Source: Syncephalis fuscata S228
Lineage: Eukaryota; Fungi; Zoopagomycota
DNA length: 64,000 nt
Assembly (NCBI GenBank): GCA_025786725.1
Contig: JAHLTZ010000013.1
Coordinates: forward strand, 1 to 64,000
Reading direction: 5' to 3'
The translations under genes and the position numbers were made by a program. The notes beneath the pieces were generated by a model that was not told where the DNA came from, did not search any database, and was given only the letters and a program-made list of their open reading frames with translations. Position 1 is the first letter of the stretch. Each line of letters opens with the position of its first letter. This document shows, one piece after another, positions 1 through 13,501 of this stretch.

Positions 1-561
1 CATTAATAAGCTGCATCTATGTACTAACACTACAAATTGTTCAGCAATCGTATTAGCAGTAAAACCATTACTACTGTTGTATATTTACAGTTGCTAATGC
101 AATGGCTATGGTTACTATATACTACCCCTTTGGTAATCACTTTTATATTTTATTCTATTATATAAACATTTCCATCGTCAGTACTTCAATTTATTTATAG
201 TCTTTCTATGTACAGTGACATTCATTTATAGTTTTATTAGCATATTAAATATATCATATCATTTATTACTTAACCAAATTACATGATTAAACGAAGCTCA
301 ATTTAAGCTTTGTTGTACCTAAATTAGGGTTTTTTCCCATCAGGGTCCATTGCATTTACTCGCCATTTAAAGGCCGACAATATTACAAATACTTAATACT
401 GCCGGTCGAACATTTAATAAACAACTTTTTTTACTTCAAATTACTTTCAGCTTATTTTTAGGTTCATACAGTTGCGACTTCTGTGTAAATTGCTGAAGCA
501 AGCTATTTTATTAATTAAATAAAGTAATTTTTATGCAATTATCAAACAATTTATTAATAAT

Positions 562-1366
562 CTAGTGTGATTTGGCGATCAACTAAATTTAATAACATCC
601 AATCTATTGAACATGGAACTAGGTGATGGGTGGCATCAATCATCAAATACTTATCATTGTAGATCCATTATCCAGTATGCATATATATTCTATCTATTTA
701 TATCATTCTACGATATATTAGACACATTTTGTTTATTATATGTTTTGATATACTGCACTTATTCCATCCATTGCATTATATGCACTATAACTTTAACATT
801 ATTTCATATGCTTTATCATTGTACATTTATCATGCTATATATCATTCTATACTCGCCTAGCCGCATCTATCCAAAACTGTTTTTATTTTTGTTCTAGCTT
901 TATTATTAATAAAAGTCGACTAATGTTGGCCATTGATCATGCATATATGATCAATAACTTTAACGTGTCTAATCGTCGCCCAATATCGTATATTCATTAT
1001 ACTGTATATCAGTTTATTGTTTAGTAAACACGCGCTAGCTATTGCAGTTGTCCTTTTTGTTCTAGCTGCATTATTAATAAATCTTACCTCATTCATCTCG
1101 CTCATTTAGCAAACTATATGTAATTGCAACCTATAACAATACAATGTATTCAGCATACCATAGAATAATATATATTAGTATAGGCGTATATTGTTAACGA
1201 TATAGGTATATAGAGGATACATGCATACTGGATAATGAATCTACAATAATGAATAGTTTGATTACTAATGTCATTTACTATCCGCCATCATGTTCAATAG
1301 ATTGAATGTGTAGTTTAAATGTGTGAATATTATTAAATCTAGGCATCTGACCACCAAATCACAATA
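562..1366. repeat. AT-rich foldback/MITE-like element with long imperfect terminal inverted repeats
   Basis: ~591-690 (catccaatctattgaacatgg...tgtagatccattatccagtatgcat) is the approximate reverse complement of ~1220-1310; gtgatttgg at ~565 pairs with ccaaatcac at ~1355. The same family occurs at 43.4-44.3 kb and 63.2-64 kb. Confidence 0.65.
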
Positions 1367-1770
1367 TATTGTGGTAGCTAGCAAATTAATGGCTACCGTC
1401 TTGTTTATGCCTACTTATATCACCTAAGCGCTAGTAATTACTAATTAATTACTCATCTTAATATAACATGAACTTGATGTTACTCTAAATAAACAATAAA
1501 CTATTATTCTTTTAATTATCGATTACCACAGTTAAACTTTAACAACTGAGTGTTATTTGTAACTAAAGTATAAAAATAATATGAACTAGAAATATAAATA
1601 TGTTTATTATAATTCCAATAAAGCTAGTATTTTATAGCAAATACTATTATCAACAAAATTTGAATACTGTTCATGTGGTTGATCATGTCTGTAAATAACA
1701 AGTATTGACTAGTTATGTTTTTAAAATAGTTGTTGACTTTGATTTTGCTCAAATTTCCGTCTTTATATTG

Positions 1771-2121
1771 CTATCGTCGGCCCCAACCACCTTTGTGTGA
1801 TTCTGCGCTTTCATATTTTTTAATGATCTTACTAAGCTTGTCATTAATACTATTTTTTGTATTCTGGAGTTGACCGCTAATTTTTCCGAGATTCGCGACA
1901 TCCCCCGAAACTTCGTTGACATGAGCGCTGTTTATTCTATCAATAATAGCGTAAAGTTGATTTATCAGGCCTTGAATGCTATTGCCAGCATCTCGGGCAC
2001 TTCTGATTGTTGCAAAATCAGTACTCTGTTGAGACATTGGTATAGGATTGGCATCAACCATGGCAGTACCAGCCATAAAAGCGACCACAAGAGCGGAGAC
2101 AGCAGTGTAGAAGACCTTCAT
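1771..2121 (-). CDS. Small secreted protein (116 aa), probably helical
   Basis: Intact ORF with signal peptide MKVFYTAVSALVVAFMAGTAMVDA|NP; the leader resembles those of the genes at 21.5 kb and 49.3 kb. Confidence 0.8.
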   Translation of the reverse strand: MKVFYTAVSALVVAFMAGTAMVDANPIPMSQQSTDFATIRSARDAGNSIQGLINQLYAIIDRINSAHVNEVSGDVANLGKISGQLQNTKNSINDKLSKIIKKYESAESHKGGWGRR

Positions 2122-3226
2122 GTTGATAGGCTGCAGATAAGCTGAAAGAAGTTGTTGATGAATAAGAGAAGTTGCTGATAAGCCGAAATAACGTTAAACA
2201 GTTGAAAGCAAATAAAAAACGGCTGGTTGTTGCTGGCTTTTATTGTAAAAATCCCAAAGGCGCAGGCTATTTTAGACATGTGATGCAATAAATTTTATGC
2301 GGTTTTGTTCGGTATATTAGTAATATATGACATCAAACCTGATTTTATTCAAAGGCCCATACGCCCTTTTACATGCTCAAACTGGACCAGACGTTGTACA
2401 ATGTTTCCGTGTTACCTATGGCTGCATACACAGCCACAAATGCTACTCTTCTAAATATTGCCATATTCTGGTCTATTGAAATAATAGCATATACTGAAAA
2501 GTCCAGAATGATAAAAAACAGGTCATTAAGTTGCCTTACTTGTATATATATTTGTTTTTACTAATTAAATAAATAATTTTTACAGATATTAGTATATATG
2601 CTTATCAACAAATATTCCTACTTTTATATTATTAATCTGATATGAAATGTATAAATTTAATGGAATAAACAAATTTGATATGTTTGCATAACAAGTAAAT
2701 GACTTGATATTGTATGCGGATTTATTATAATTTTTATTGTTTAACAGGCATAGCATGCCATGCAATAGTTTATGTATAATTTAAAATATTGATTGCAAAT
2801 TATTTGGCCTATAAAACGATTGTTAGACTATATGTATATACATTGATGTATAATACCACAATTAATCAATTTTATCAAAAGAAAGATATAAAATTGAGCA
2901 TTTGATTAAAGAAGGAATAACGGCACATGATAGTTACTAGAATGGAGAATGTAAACAAGTAAAAATCGAATTACTAGTGGTTTCTATTCAACTACCGCAT
3001 TACTGTTGGTACAATTTTGGACACCTTTCTTAAATATTTTGTTTAATAACCTAAAATGGCATCTAGCACATGTCATTATTCTTTTATAGAGCCATGTCAT
3101 CTGAATTTATTTATTTATTTATTTTCGTCTCATATACATTGTCTTATTTTTCATTTACTTTTTGTCAACACTTTTCCTATAATTAAACCATACAATTATT
3201 TTTTGATACATCAGTTGCTTATAACT

Positions 3227-5060
3227 ATGATAGCAAGACAAGCACAACAACTGGTAATATTTACATTGTTGCTATTTTGTTCAACACACCACTTTACCGT
3301 AGACAGTGCCAAAACATATGAAGATGATTTTTACACAAAACCTAATTATGACTGGCCCTATATTAGCTCTAGAATTACCGGTAAACTAGTTTATGTAACA
3401 CCTTATTATGTACCCACCGGCGTTAAAGCACTTCATGCCAATGGTATCAAAGGAAAAGGTGTGAACTCGGAATTATTGACAGCGGGATTAATTCGAACAC
3501 TGATGCATTTGAAGGAAATTACAATTATAATCATGGACTTGTGTCTATTAATTACAGTCAAGCTAAACATCCATCTAAATGCAATAGACGTGGTGTAAGT
3601 CTAGCTGGAATTGCCGTTGCAAAAACCAATTATTTTATTGGAGTTGCGCCCGAGGCAACACTTGGCACCTATCGCGTGTTTGGCTGCACGGGCCCAACTT
3701 CAACCTCATTGGTGTTGCAAGCTATAACAGCAGCAATCAAGGACCAAATGAAAATTGTTGTATTGCCGGAGATTGCCATTGTAGATGAATATAGTACTAA
3801 ACTAAAAGAAACAATAGAAGATGCTGCAAAACATGGCGTGATTATGATTGTTGCAGCATCAGCCAATAATTTTATGAATCCAAATTACTTTTCATATCAA
3901 GGCCTTCCTGTATTAAGTGTTGGTGGTTTTAAACAAAAGTATCGACTATCGCACTGGTTTGAGGAGAAAACAACTGGCCGTCGTATTGAGTTTAATTCTC
4001 CGTGTTCAGACATGAGCTATAACTTTAACAAAGAAATGAATATTATTCTAGAAATATCAAAGCAGATTAGAAGAACATCTTACTGGGCTTAAAAGAGGAG
4101 ACATTGCACTTGTGTGGTATGATAAATCAAAAATCCTTTTTTTTAGATATGCTAAATCAATACGGATGGCTGGGCTTATCATCGTAAACATTCTTACCAA
4201 AAAAGACAAAATGCGATATGCCTTTGTTTGATATCAGTGAAAAAGATGCTTTGTTTATAAAAGAAGGCTATGCGAATAAGCTTGGATACAAATATATTTT
4301 TGCAGAAAAGTATGGCTACATTAAAGATGGCAGTGTTACTGTCGATACAGCTGGACCGCAGAATGAACCATTCATACCGCCTTTCTATCCTGACATCTTG
4401 GCACCAAGTCACGAAATCTACACTACTACCACTCGTAAAACAATAAGCAAACCCCATTTCAGCGATATATCAGCTGCTGTTGCATATGTTGCCGGTGCAG
4501 CTGCATTGATAGCTGAAATTGATAACAAGAGTTTGGTTGATGTTAACCATGTCAGAACTATATTACAAAACAGCGCAGTTCCCGTCAAAGTCAGTAATGC
4601 AGATTCCTACGTTTCTCCATTATATCAAGGTGCCGGTATAATCAATCTTACCAAACTAATAGATACTAAAAGTGTTCATGTTGAACCATCGTTAATTAGT
4701 TTGGAGGACACGTATACCAACGCAGTGGATGTATTGATCAAACTTTCACCTCTATCTGACACATCAGCATCGTATAAACTTTCACATATTCCAGCCGCTG
4801 CAGTTTTGAAATCAAAACCTATTAGCAATACATCGTCAGGAAAACATGTGATTGCAACCGTTTCCCTTCCAGGATCTATTGATTTACGACTAAATCAGAT
4901 AAGCGAGATCAACATAAAGATTAGTGTGCCGAGGAATATACAAAATGGCGAAATATGGTCATATTCCGGGTACATTGTAATTGATCCTAATCCAGGAATT
5001 AATGGATCACCATCGAACCATGCTGTTTATGTTCCATATTATGGAACAGTTAGAGGTTAA
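3227..5060 (+). pseudogene. Secreted subtilisin-like (S8) protein, frameshifted, with degenerate catalytic motifs
   Basis: Signal-like start MIARQAQQLVIFTLLLFCS; GIKGKGV followed (shifted frame) by LGIIDSG; FIGVAPEATLGTYRVFGC; PDILAP; YVAGAAALI; YQGAGIIN; C-terminal VYVPYYG. Frame breaks at ~3464, ~4060 and ~4200, the latter two near A-runs, so possibly assembly errors. Confidence 0.8.
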
Positions 5061-5359
5061 ACAGCTTAGATATAGACTATGCTTAACATTGTTTTACTAT
5101 TTTGTTAGCATTATTGCTTTTACAAATAAATTAGCTAGCGAATTATTTAAAACGTAACATGCACAATGTTGCAAAAACTGCACAGGTATGCTGTCGCTAT
5201 GTTTTAATATTGTGACGATTACGAGAGATTTTGTAATGAAACATGTCTGACATGTATATACATAGTTTACCATTACATTATTTAATTTTAAATTTTATTT
5301 CTTATTTTACATTAACACGCATGTTTAAGTAAACTTTATGGTCTTTTTGTATCTACTGG

Positions 5360-6410
5360 TTACATTTAGGATAAACCCAAACAGATAGTGCTGGCGTCTC
5401 TATATTGATGCAGAACAAGAGCGCCAGAGACGGATTCAAACCAGGCTATAATTTAAAAAGGAATTTAAAAAAGACAAATATGACATTTGTTTTAATACAT
5501 TAACGACATTGACAAAAATAATTTAAAATCAACTGCTAACAAGTGTTTATTACTTGATACCGGAAGAAGAGACTTGATGTATTGTGTGCACGAATCCAGC
5601 ACCATTCAAGAGCCAATAACCTACAGATATACTTCAAATCAAAGACATTTTGATACTGAAGACAAGAAGTATCGCAGAACCAGATTGAAATTGAAGGTAA
5701 AGTATCCCGATGTTCAAAGAATATTTATTGTTTCAATGTCAAACCAGATCTGTTAATTTATTTAATTTTCAAGAATATTTCGCCGTTCGTGCTGTTGCTA
5801 GCCAATATCTTGCATCATATTACACTTATCAAACAATATACATCCTATCAAATAAAGCTGGCTGCTCAGAAACTAAAACTATCTTCGTACATTAAACATA
5901 GCAAGCGGACCAAAAGCTCATCAATAAGCTTAAATCCAAGTTTGACAGTAATACTACTTTGGTATTTGATAACTAGTCTGTAAGTCATGTAAAGTTCCAA
6001 GAACTTATTCGAGGTGCTGGCTTGGAGCGTATACTTTAAAAGAATGGATTTAACGTACTTTTAGTTGATGAGTATAACAGCTCTAAAACCCGTTCTACTT
6101 GTCAAGCTCCAAGTCTAAAACATTCAAAATAATCGATAATCCACTTCCGTATTAACATAAAAATTGTGCAAGAGTAAAGTGCCATGGGCTTATAAGGTAC
6201 TATAATTTATAGACTGAATACAAAGCGTATATTTTATTCTAACATCTAAACTGTTTGTAGGTGCACAAATCAAATTGTAAGAAAACTCATGAGACTTTTA
6301 CAGGTGCAAGATTATGGCATGGTAATTTGACTGATGCTTTGAATCCCAAGCATATTTGTGAAAGTATATAATTTAGTGATACTATACTGAATCGGTTTCG
6401 AAGAAGCTAA
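5360..6410 (+). mobile_element. Decayed Fanzor (eukaryotic TnpB-like RuvC nuclease) gene
   Basis: Hand translation gives TDSAGVSI (~5381), KCLLLDTGRRDLMYCVHES (5541; RuvC-I DxG), LVDEYNSSKTRSTCQ (6061; RuvC-II plus zinc-finger start), CHGLIR^CTNQ across a GT-AG intron at 6197-6260, and RLWHGNLTDALNPKHI (~6309; RuvC-III region). Multiple stops and frameshifts. Confidence 0.8.
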
Positions 6411-6578
6411 TATTCTTAAGTTTATCGACTTTAAGTAATATGGTAATTATTATAATCATTTTTAATGACAGTTACTAATTTCTGTAATACTTTTTTATAT
6501 TTTATTTTACATTTTGTACTTTCAAGCAACCACAACGGCATTGCCGTGGTTAGTGATTAAATCTTTTCTAATTTTAAC

Positions 6579-7667
6579 ATGATTCCTTCTAAACGTCGCA
6601 AATTAAAGGGAAAGAAACAAAAAAAGTCTCGAGATGATGGAATTCTATACAAAAGCCGGGACATACTCCTGTAGAAAGTAAAAAACAGGCATTAGCATTT
6701 CCGCGTATTATGTTCAGTAATCTTTTACACGACAATTCAACAACTACTTCTAAAGCCATAAGCAACACTGCAACTATTAACGGTAATATAGCGATACCTA
6801 ACACTGCTTGCACTGACTAACAACACATTTACCACTAGTCGAAGCGTTAAATACATTAAATAGCGAAACCACACTAAAACAAAAACTAACTAAAAAGCCT
6901 AAATCCACTAAAAGTAGCGATCATCCACAAACAAAGATCAACAAACTATAGAAAAGATACTAATAATACAGATGAGTTGATCAATTGTACCATTGATCAG
7001 GAGAATACAACCAGTGTAGTGCGTACTATTTCAGCAAATAGTACGACAGAGCAAATTGACTGTCAAGTGGACAAGGAAGAAGAATCTACTACATTTAATA
7101 CAGAGATTGATACAAATGCGCGACCTATTACAACCAAAAAATTTAATGATCGTTTGTATACAATGTAAGCTATTTAACACACTTTATGATCAAATAATAA
7201 CTTTTATTGATAACAAGACCGCATCATTATCGATGGCCAAAAATGAAACTTAAAACGTACGTTATTTAATAGATACTATTATTACTTGAACAGCCCTATC
7301 TAATTATAGTATGAATAGATTCTCGGTTGGAAAGGCAATTCCCAAAGTAGCAGAGTATTTTCATTTATTGCCTTGGCAAATCCAGTATAGCCATGCCATA
7401 CCGAGAAATTTATCATTTCTAATGACACCAGAGGCGGCCAGTGAACAACAGGATAGAGAAACAACGGATCAAGCACAGTTATCTATGGAACAATTAGAGC
7501 CGGGTGTGGCCAGTCTACTTCAGACGGCATGGCATCCTCAAGCTACTACCAATCAGCATGTATACAATCAGCTAGTAGTTCAGTTAGAAGATGTAGTCCA
7601 TTCAGTATGGTATCAACTAATCAATACATATCGTATAAATAATCCATCATTGTATTCAGGTAGATAG
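6579..7667 (+). pseudogene. Fragmented coding-like region of unknown function
   Basis: ATG at 6579 (MIPSKRRKLKGKK), then broken ORF pieces at 6977-7253 and 7311-7667; no recognisable domain. Confidence 0.3.
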
Positions 7668-8192
7668 ATAGTTAATCAATAACCAAAAATACGCAAAAAC
7701 AAACCACTATTGTACATAAATATAGACGTACCAAATGAATTGCCTGGGCCTATAGCAGATGCAGCAGTCGTAGATATGGTAGAAAAGCTTCGTAAATTAT
7801 TACTTTGTATGATACAGTTACAGGCAAAGTAGGCACTACAAATGGCATAAACTATCTAATTTATTAACATTATATCATTAGAGTTGGTAGTCATAAAAAA
7901 CCAGGTCATTTTGACAATTGGCAATCGGTGTGTATGGCTGCTTCTTTCATTGATTTCCCACCCGAGTAAGTGCTTATTAACAATAGACAGCAACGAATAC
8001 GGCATATCATTAACCAATAACTAACTAGGGTTATTAATCGAGTAAAAGAGAAAATGAAATTAAAAACCACAACAAAAACAACAAATGAATAAATCGATAT
8101 ATATAGACTATCTTAAATAACTTGCTATTACACGATGATAGCCATACTAATTAATATATAGCCATCAACTATCATATTTTAATAATAACGCT

Positions 8193-11100
8193 TTAATGGT
8201 CTAAATGACTAACTACAGCTTCAGATGACTCTAATCTTGACATAAGAAGAGATAAATCCGCCTCAGGACCTATATATGTATAATCAACGCAATAACAGCA
8301 CAAATAAAGATATCATTATTAGAACACGACTAGTATTATTAAAGCACACGCCCAATCAACACAACTGGAGGATGAGCACACACCCGTGGATAAGCGTGTT
8401 GTTTAACCATCGAACGTACCCATCAACGAGGTGATGAACCGAATGATATCCTTGGACAACTGCGTAAGATGTATCATAAAGATGTATTGTTAATAGAATT
8501 GAGGCTAAATCGTTGTCATGTTACTTGCATCGAAATCCCGTGCATCGACAGCCTTTTCCAATAAACGCATTGCCTCTTCCGGCACTTGTTCCTAATAATC
8601 AAATGGTCATATACATACGGTCATACACTTAATACGTGGAATGTTATATCTACCACTAGTAGTGTTGAACCTACCAATGGTTCTGCACCGTCTTGTTCAT
8701 TCGAGTCGAGTGTTTGTAACACTAATAAATAGGCAGTGGCCGTGCGCAATTGATTTGTTGCCAAACATTCCTGTAAATGGTGTAAGAAATACAGTCATAA
8801 GTTGGGCGTGAACTTACATTAAACAAATCTCGAGGTGGACCGGCCACATCAAATAAATGCCGCCATAGCGATACTTCAACTTTACGGGCACATTTCACAA
8901 GTACTTCCAAATAGTTGGAAAATCGTTTTAAAAAGTTAATTACTAACGGCATTAATGGCTCTATGGTAATCAAATCGTTAGTACATTTAGTTTAATAGCA
9001 TCTATCTATTGTAGCATTCATTACCGCCTTGTTCGTTAAGATAGCCTTCAACTTCATCTTCAAGTACACGATGTAGTAACATTTCAAGTACATGGCCAAA
9101 ATAGGCATGATGTTCATAGTACTGTGCTAACATAATGGCTTCTTGTTCATTTCTAAATGGTTATTGGCATTAGTCTATTGGCTGTAGTTACTCCATAGCT
9201 TTATATATTACATAAGCAATAGATGTCGGATCATATCTGGTAGATAAAGGACGCTCTATTACTAGTTAGACGGGTGGTTATTTTGACATCTTATTCTTGT
9301 CATTTACCTTGCAACTGGCTCGGAAACTAGTAATGCCCAAGGCCAGATTATATTCATTTCTGGCTCAAATCCAATTACCAATCCTTGTTCAACTCGTACC
9401 ACTTATTGCTTTTATTAACACTTTAACTGCTATCGTCAACTAGTTAACCTACCCAAAGGTGAAAATCCTGGTTTGACAATACAAGGTGGAAATCGGTCAA
9501 TGACCGTATCAATATCACTATGAAGTAGATCACTCTCTAGTACGGTCCATATCTATTCGATATAAATAAACACACTGTTGTAACAGCTGTTATAACCTTA
9601 CCTTAATTTCATCGGCTGACATCGCCCATACAGTAAGACAGACACCGCCAATACGGCGATCATCAATGAAACAATGCTCTACACGACTGGCCAGTATACG
9701 TCGTTCATATTGTAGCTGGCTTTCCGATTCCTAGTCATTTAGTTAGAACAATAGCCATTAACTACAGTCTATTTCCTACACTTACATACACCTTACTGGG
9801 ATTGATAAGAATAAGTTGTCCATCCACAAGTATAAGAATAGTAGATCCTATTGTGGTGTTAGTGGCAGTATAATGAATACATAAAAGTGACTACCTCGTG
9901 AATCAGTCGATATCCAACAAACACATCGAACTGCACCAGGTGCTGATACAATGGTTTCCAGTGAAATGTGCTGTCTTAACACTAACTCGACACCACCGTC
10001 TAAATATACAATCAAGTAATATTAGCTATCTTTATAATAGACTATATACCAGCCATACTACTTACGCTGCGTAACATGAATGCCATAATGATAGACAACA
10101 TTATCGGTACAATGAATGGTCAACGAACTACCAATAAGATTGATATGAACAGCTTGAGCATTTAACAGTTCAACTAAAAGTAGATTATCATTACTAAGAT
10201 TTGCATCTCGAGGATAGAATCGAATCTATTATATGATTAATTATAGTCGATACTAACTAGAACATCTAGACACTTACTTGAAATGTATGGTTAATCAGAT
10301 CTTGTCCAGGTACCACCAATACATCATGAAACCATAACATGCCTCCTTGACAAACAAAATCCTGTTCCTAAATAGATCATTAATGGCGTCAATCCTGTTT
10401 AATAAGCTATTATAAACTGGTTACCTGCTGTCCACTACCAAACGTCTTCCATCGACGAGACTGTACATTATAGTGAGCAGCACCACGTCGACCAGCGATA
10501 GCAATGCGTTGCCCATCATCACTTAGCGCCACATACTATCAATCGTATAAATAGACACAATTTAACAAATGCTATTGAACTTACACGAACCGGCCAATTC
10601 TCACTTATATATAATGGCGGTAACTATATATCGATTAAGCTATACTATAATCTATATCAATGAATGCTTACTTGAATCTGTCGACATGCTGCATCCGGTC
10701 CCAATTCATCCTGACCGTGTAATTCACCATTGAACAGCATTAATTTATGATCAGCATATAAAAGTGGATGCTTTGTATTGTCCTAATATACGGTAAGTAT
10801 AGCTCATTGCCAAAAGCAACACTCATACCAAGGTTTGACTTTTTGCAACATCAGATATAGTAAATGGTAGTATATACAAAGATTCGCCCGCACCTATTCA
10901 CTATAAGTATTCATTTGTATAAGTACGTAATAATTACTTGGGTCATCCAAAGAGGAAGGCCAAGTAAATAAATCATGATCACCAGGTCCCCAAAACTAGT
11001 AAATATCAAATAATAAACCGTAAATCAGTGATTAATTCACAATGTCAGTTGATTACATACTAAATAATCCACTCCTCGTAAAAATGGTTCCCTTTTCTGA

Positions 11101-12858
11101 TCTTCACTGTATTGCATATCAGTTTAGCTTTATCTTTACCTATTATACTTACCTTGTAACAGCTTCTCGACCTGGATGGAATAATAGTGATCCAAATACA
11201 CTATGAATAACTAGACCTACACCTCGTCGTCTACCAACAGCCAGTGCACATCCATCCGATGACCATGCTAATGCCGATATCGTACAGTCTTCGTATGCCA
11301 TGCCATCAATGCCATTGATTATTAGAATTAAATTGAATTTATGTATTCTATCAATCTAACTATAATACTCCTTACTTACTCGTTTTAACAGATGAATAGG
11401 CGGGTACATCAAGTACATGAGACAGTATAGGCGCATTGTTAAATTGTTCCGGTAAACGATATACAAATACTTGTCCACTATTAAATAGTATAAATTAGTA
11501 TTTAATTTACATAATAGCCATCCATACTTTTCTGTGCCAATAGCTGCCAAGTTATAATATGCATTAAGTGCAACATAAGTGGCTCTAGGTGATCCATTAT
11601 GACAACACCATCCAGACCATAGAGATTGATTATTTGACTCTTTTTCTTCTTCTTCTTGTTGTTGTTGCTGTTCGTATAATGTAATAAATAGATTGGCCTT
11701 TTACTTTCAATTGACTTACATTTGGTAGAGCTCTACGTGTCACGTAAACATGCCCATTGGACATTTGCATAACCAATAAATCTAAATCTTCATTGTAAAG
11801 TAGTTTATGTACACTGGTATCTAATTATTGATCAATAATGACTACGCTCATCTCTAGTATTACTACTTACCTTGTGGCGAGTCAATAAAGCCTAGTTCAT
11901 TTAATGGAGTGAGTTCTGGTGATAAATGTCGTAATTCGCCGTCCAAGTGTTCATCTCCTAATGAACATCGCCGCAGTCCAGGTGGATATTTGGTGGCCAC
12001 ATACAATCCATTATCCATACCCGCTCCACTACAAGTATTGGCATGTTATGTTAAATAAATGCTATTAAAGCATCAATAGCTATAGTATTTACCATAGAAT
12101 GCCCTCTTCTACGTGAAGTGCACCAACATACTGAACAATACATCCAGGAATGCCTCTTCCTTCTCCAGGGCCTCGTACAAAATTGTGTTCACCCGAAAAT
12201 TGAAACTGCAGTGCAGGACTAATAGTCAGATCCACCGAGTAATAAATTACATGATCACCAGTCGTCTTTTACGTTGGTTGATTAATTAGTTAATTAGTTA
12301 GTTTGCTGTTTATTTAACTTTGCCTTACTTACAATCAAGGCTAATGCTAAACCATCAGGTTTCCAATAGATATCTTGATTATCACCTAGATTGCGGCGAT
12401 TATTTTCATCGCGAACAATTTTGGCCAGTAGTGCAATAGGCTGTAGTAAATAGAATCGATTGTAAGTACGGCTGGATAGCGCAAAACGCGTAACTAACCC
12501 GACTACACCATACGGAGAATGACCGCCTATCCCACGTAACAAACAAGAAGCTATCTGGGCTTTGGCGTATTGCTAAAGGACCGGTTTGTACAGCTGTTGT
12601 TGTCACTTCTATTTCTGCGGTGGCTGCATTCGACGCGGTAAGTAGTGCGGGTGAAATACCTTCTGGGCGTTCTTCGTCGCCTGGTTCTGATTCAGAAGGA
12701 CCGCTAGTGGTGGAGCGTATTGAGATGCTTTTACGGAAGCGACGGGCCAATCCAAGCATGTTATTCAATGACAGGCCTTCGTCGTCGTCTTCACCGTCCT
12801 TGCCCGGACCCGAGGGCCGCAAGTTTACCGTACGCGGACAATCGCTTAAATAATACAT
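8193..12858 (-). CDS. RIC1: RIC1, subunit of the Ric1-Rgp1 GEF for Ypt6/Rab6; very intron-rich
   Basis: N-terminus MYYLSDCPRTV (RIC1-type start); YISENWPVR...GQRIAIAGRRGAAHY...RRWKTFG; RIC1-domain motif LVKCARKVEVSLWRHLFDVAGPPRDLF; many short GT-AG introns. Proposed last exon ends in TAA at 8193-8195 (3' end approximate). Confidence 0.88.
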
Positions 12859-13501
12859 GATAGTCGGGTGTGCAAGAGAACGAGATACTATGATGGCTAT
12901 CGCCGCCACTGCCACTGTTACTGTTACTGAAAATAATCGCCTGTGTTCACTCGTCTCTCATGCCTAGCCAGCAAGTCGTCAAATAATATTAATAACAATA
13001 ATAATACTAGTTAGTGCTAGTACTAATATTAAAGTTACATGTAATGACGTAGAAGTGGCCATTATTCATAGAAACTGTGCAGTTTTACGTATTGAAATGT
13101 GAAATTTATTTTTTATTAATTTATCTCATGGCCATTTAGTCTTAATGTGCCAAGTGTACTTGTCTATAGACGGGTGGTTCAAGGACGTGGAAGCTGGCGT
13201 AGCATGTGCTGCTAGCCGTAGAATAAATACGACAACCACGAGGTGGTTTATAAATGTGTTACAAGTAAGCATATATTCAGAGACAATGTGCTCAGATAGA
13301 CATAGACATGTCCGTGAATAGCATATGCATGAAGAACGACATGTGCATTGATAAGCAATTTGGCCGTTGGGATTTCTTTTCTTTCTTTCCCTTTCCTCCA
13401 CATCAGCACACTTGCACGTCATTTTCGTGCGTATTTCAACTATTGCTGCAGTTGCTGCCGCCTGTACTGACGAGTTAACGTAAAAAAAAAGCGTAGTCAC
13501 C

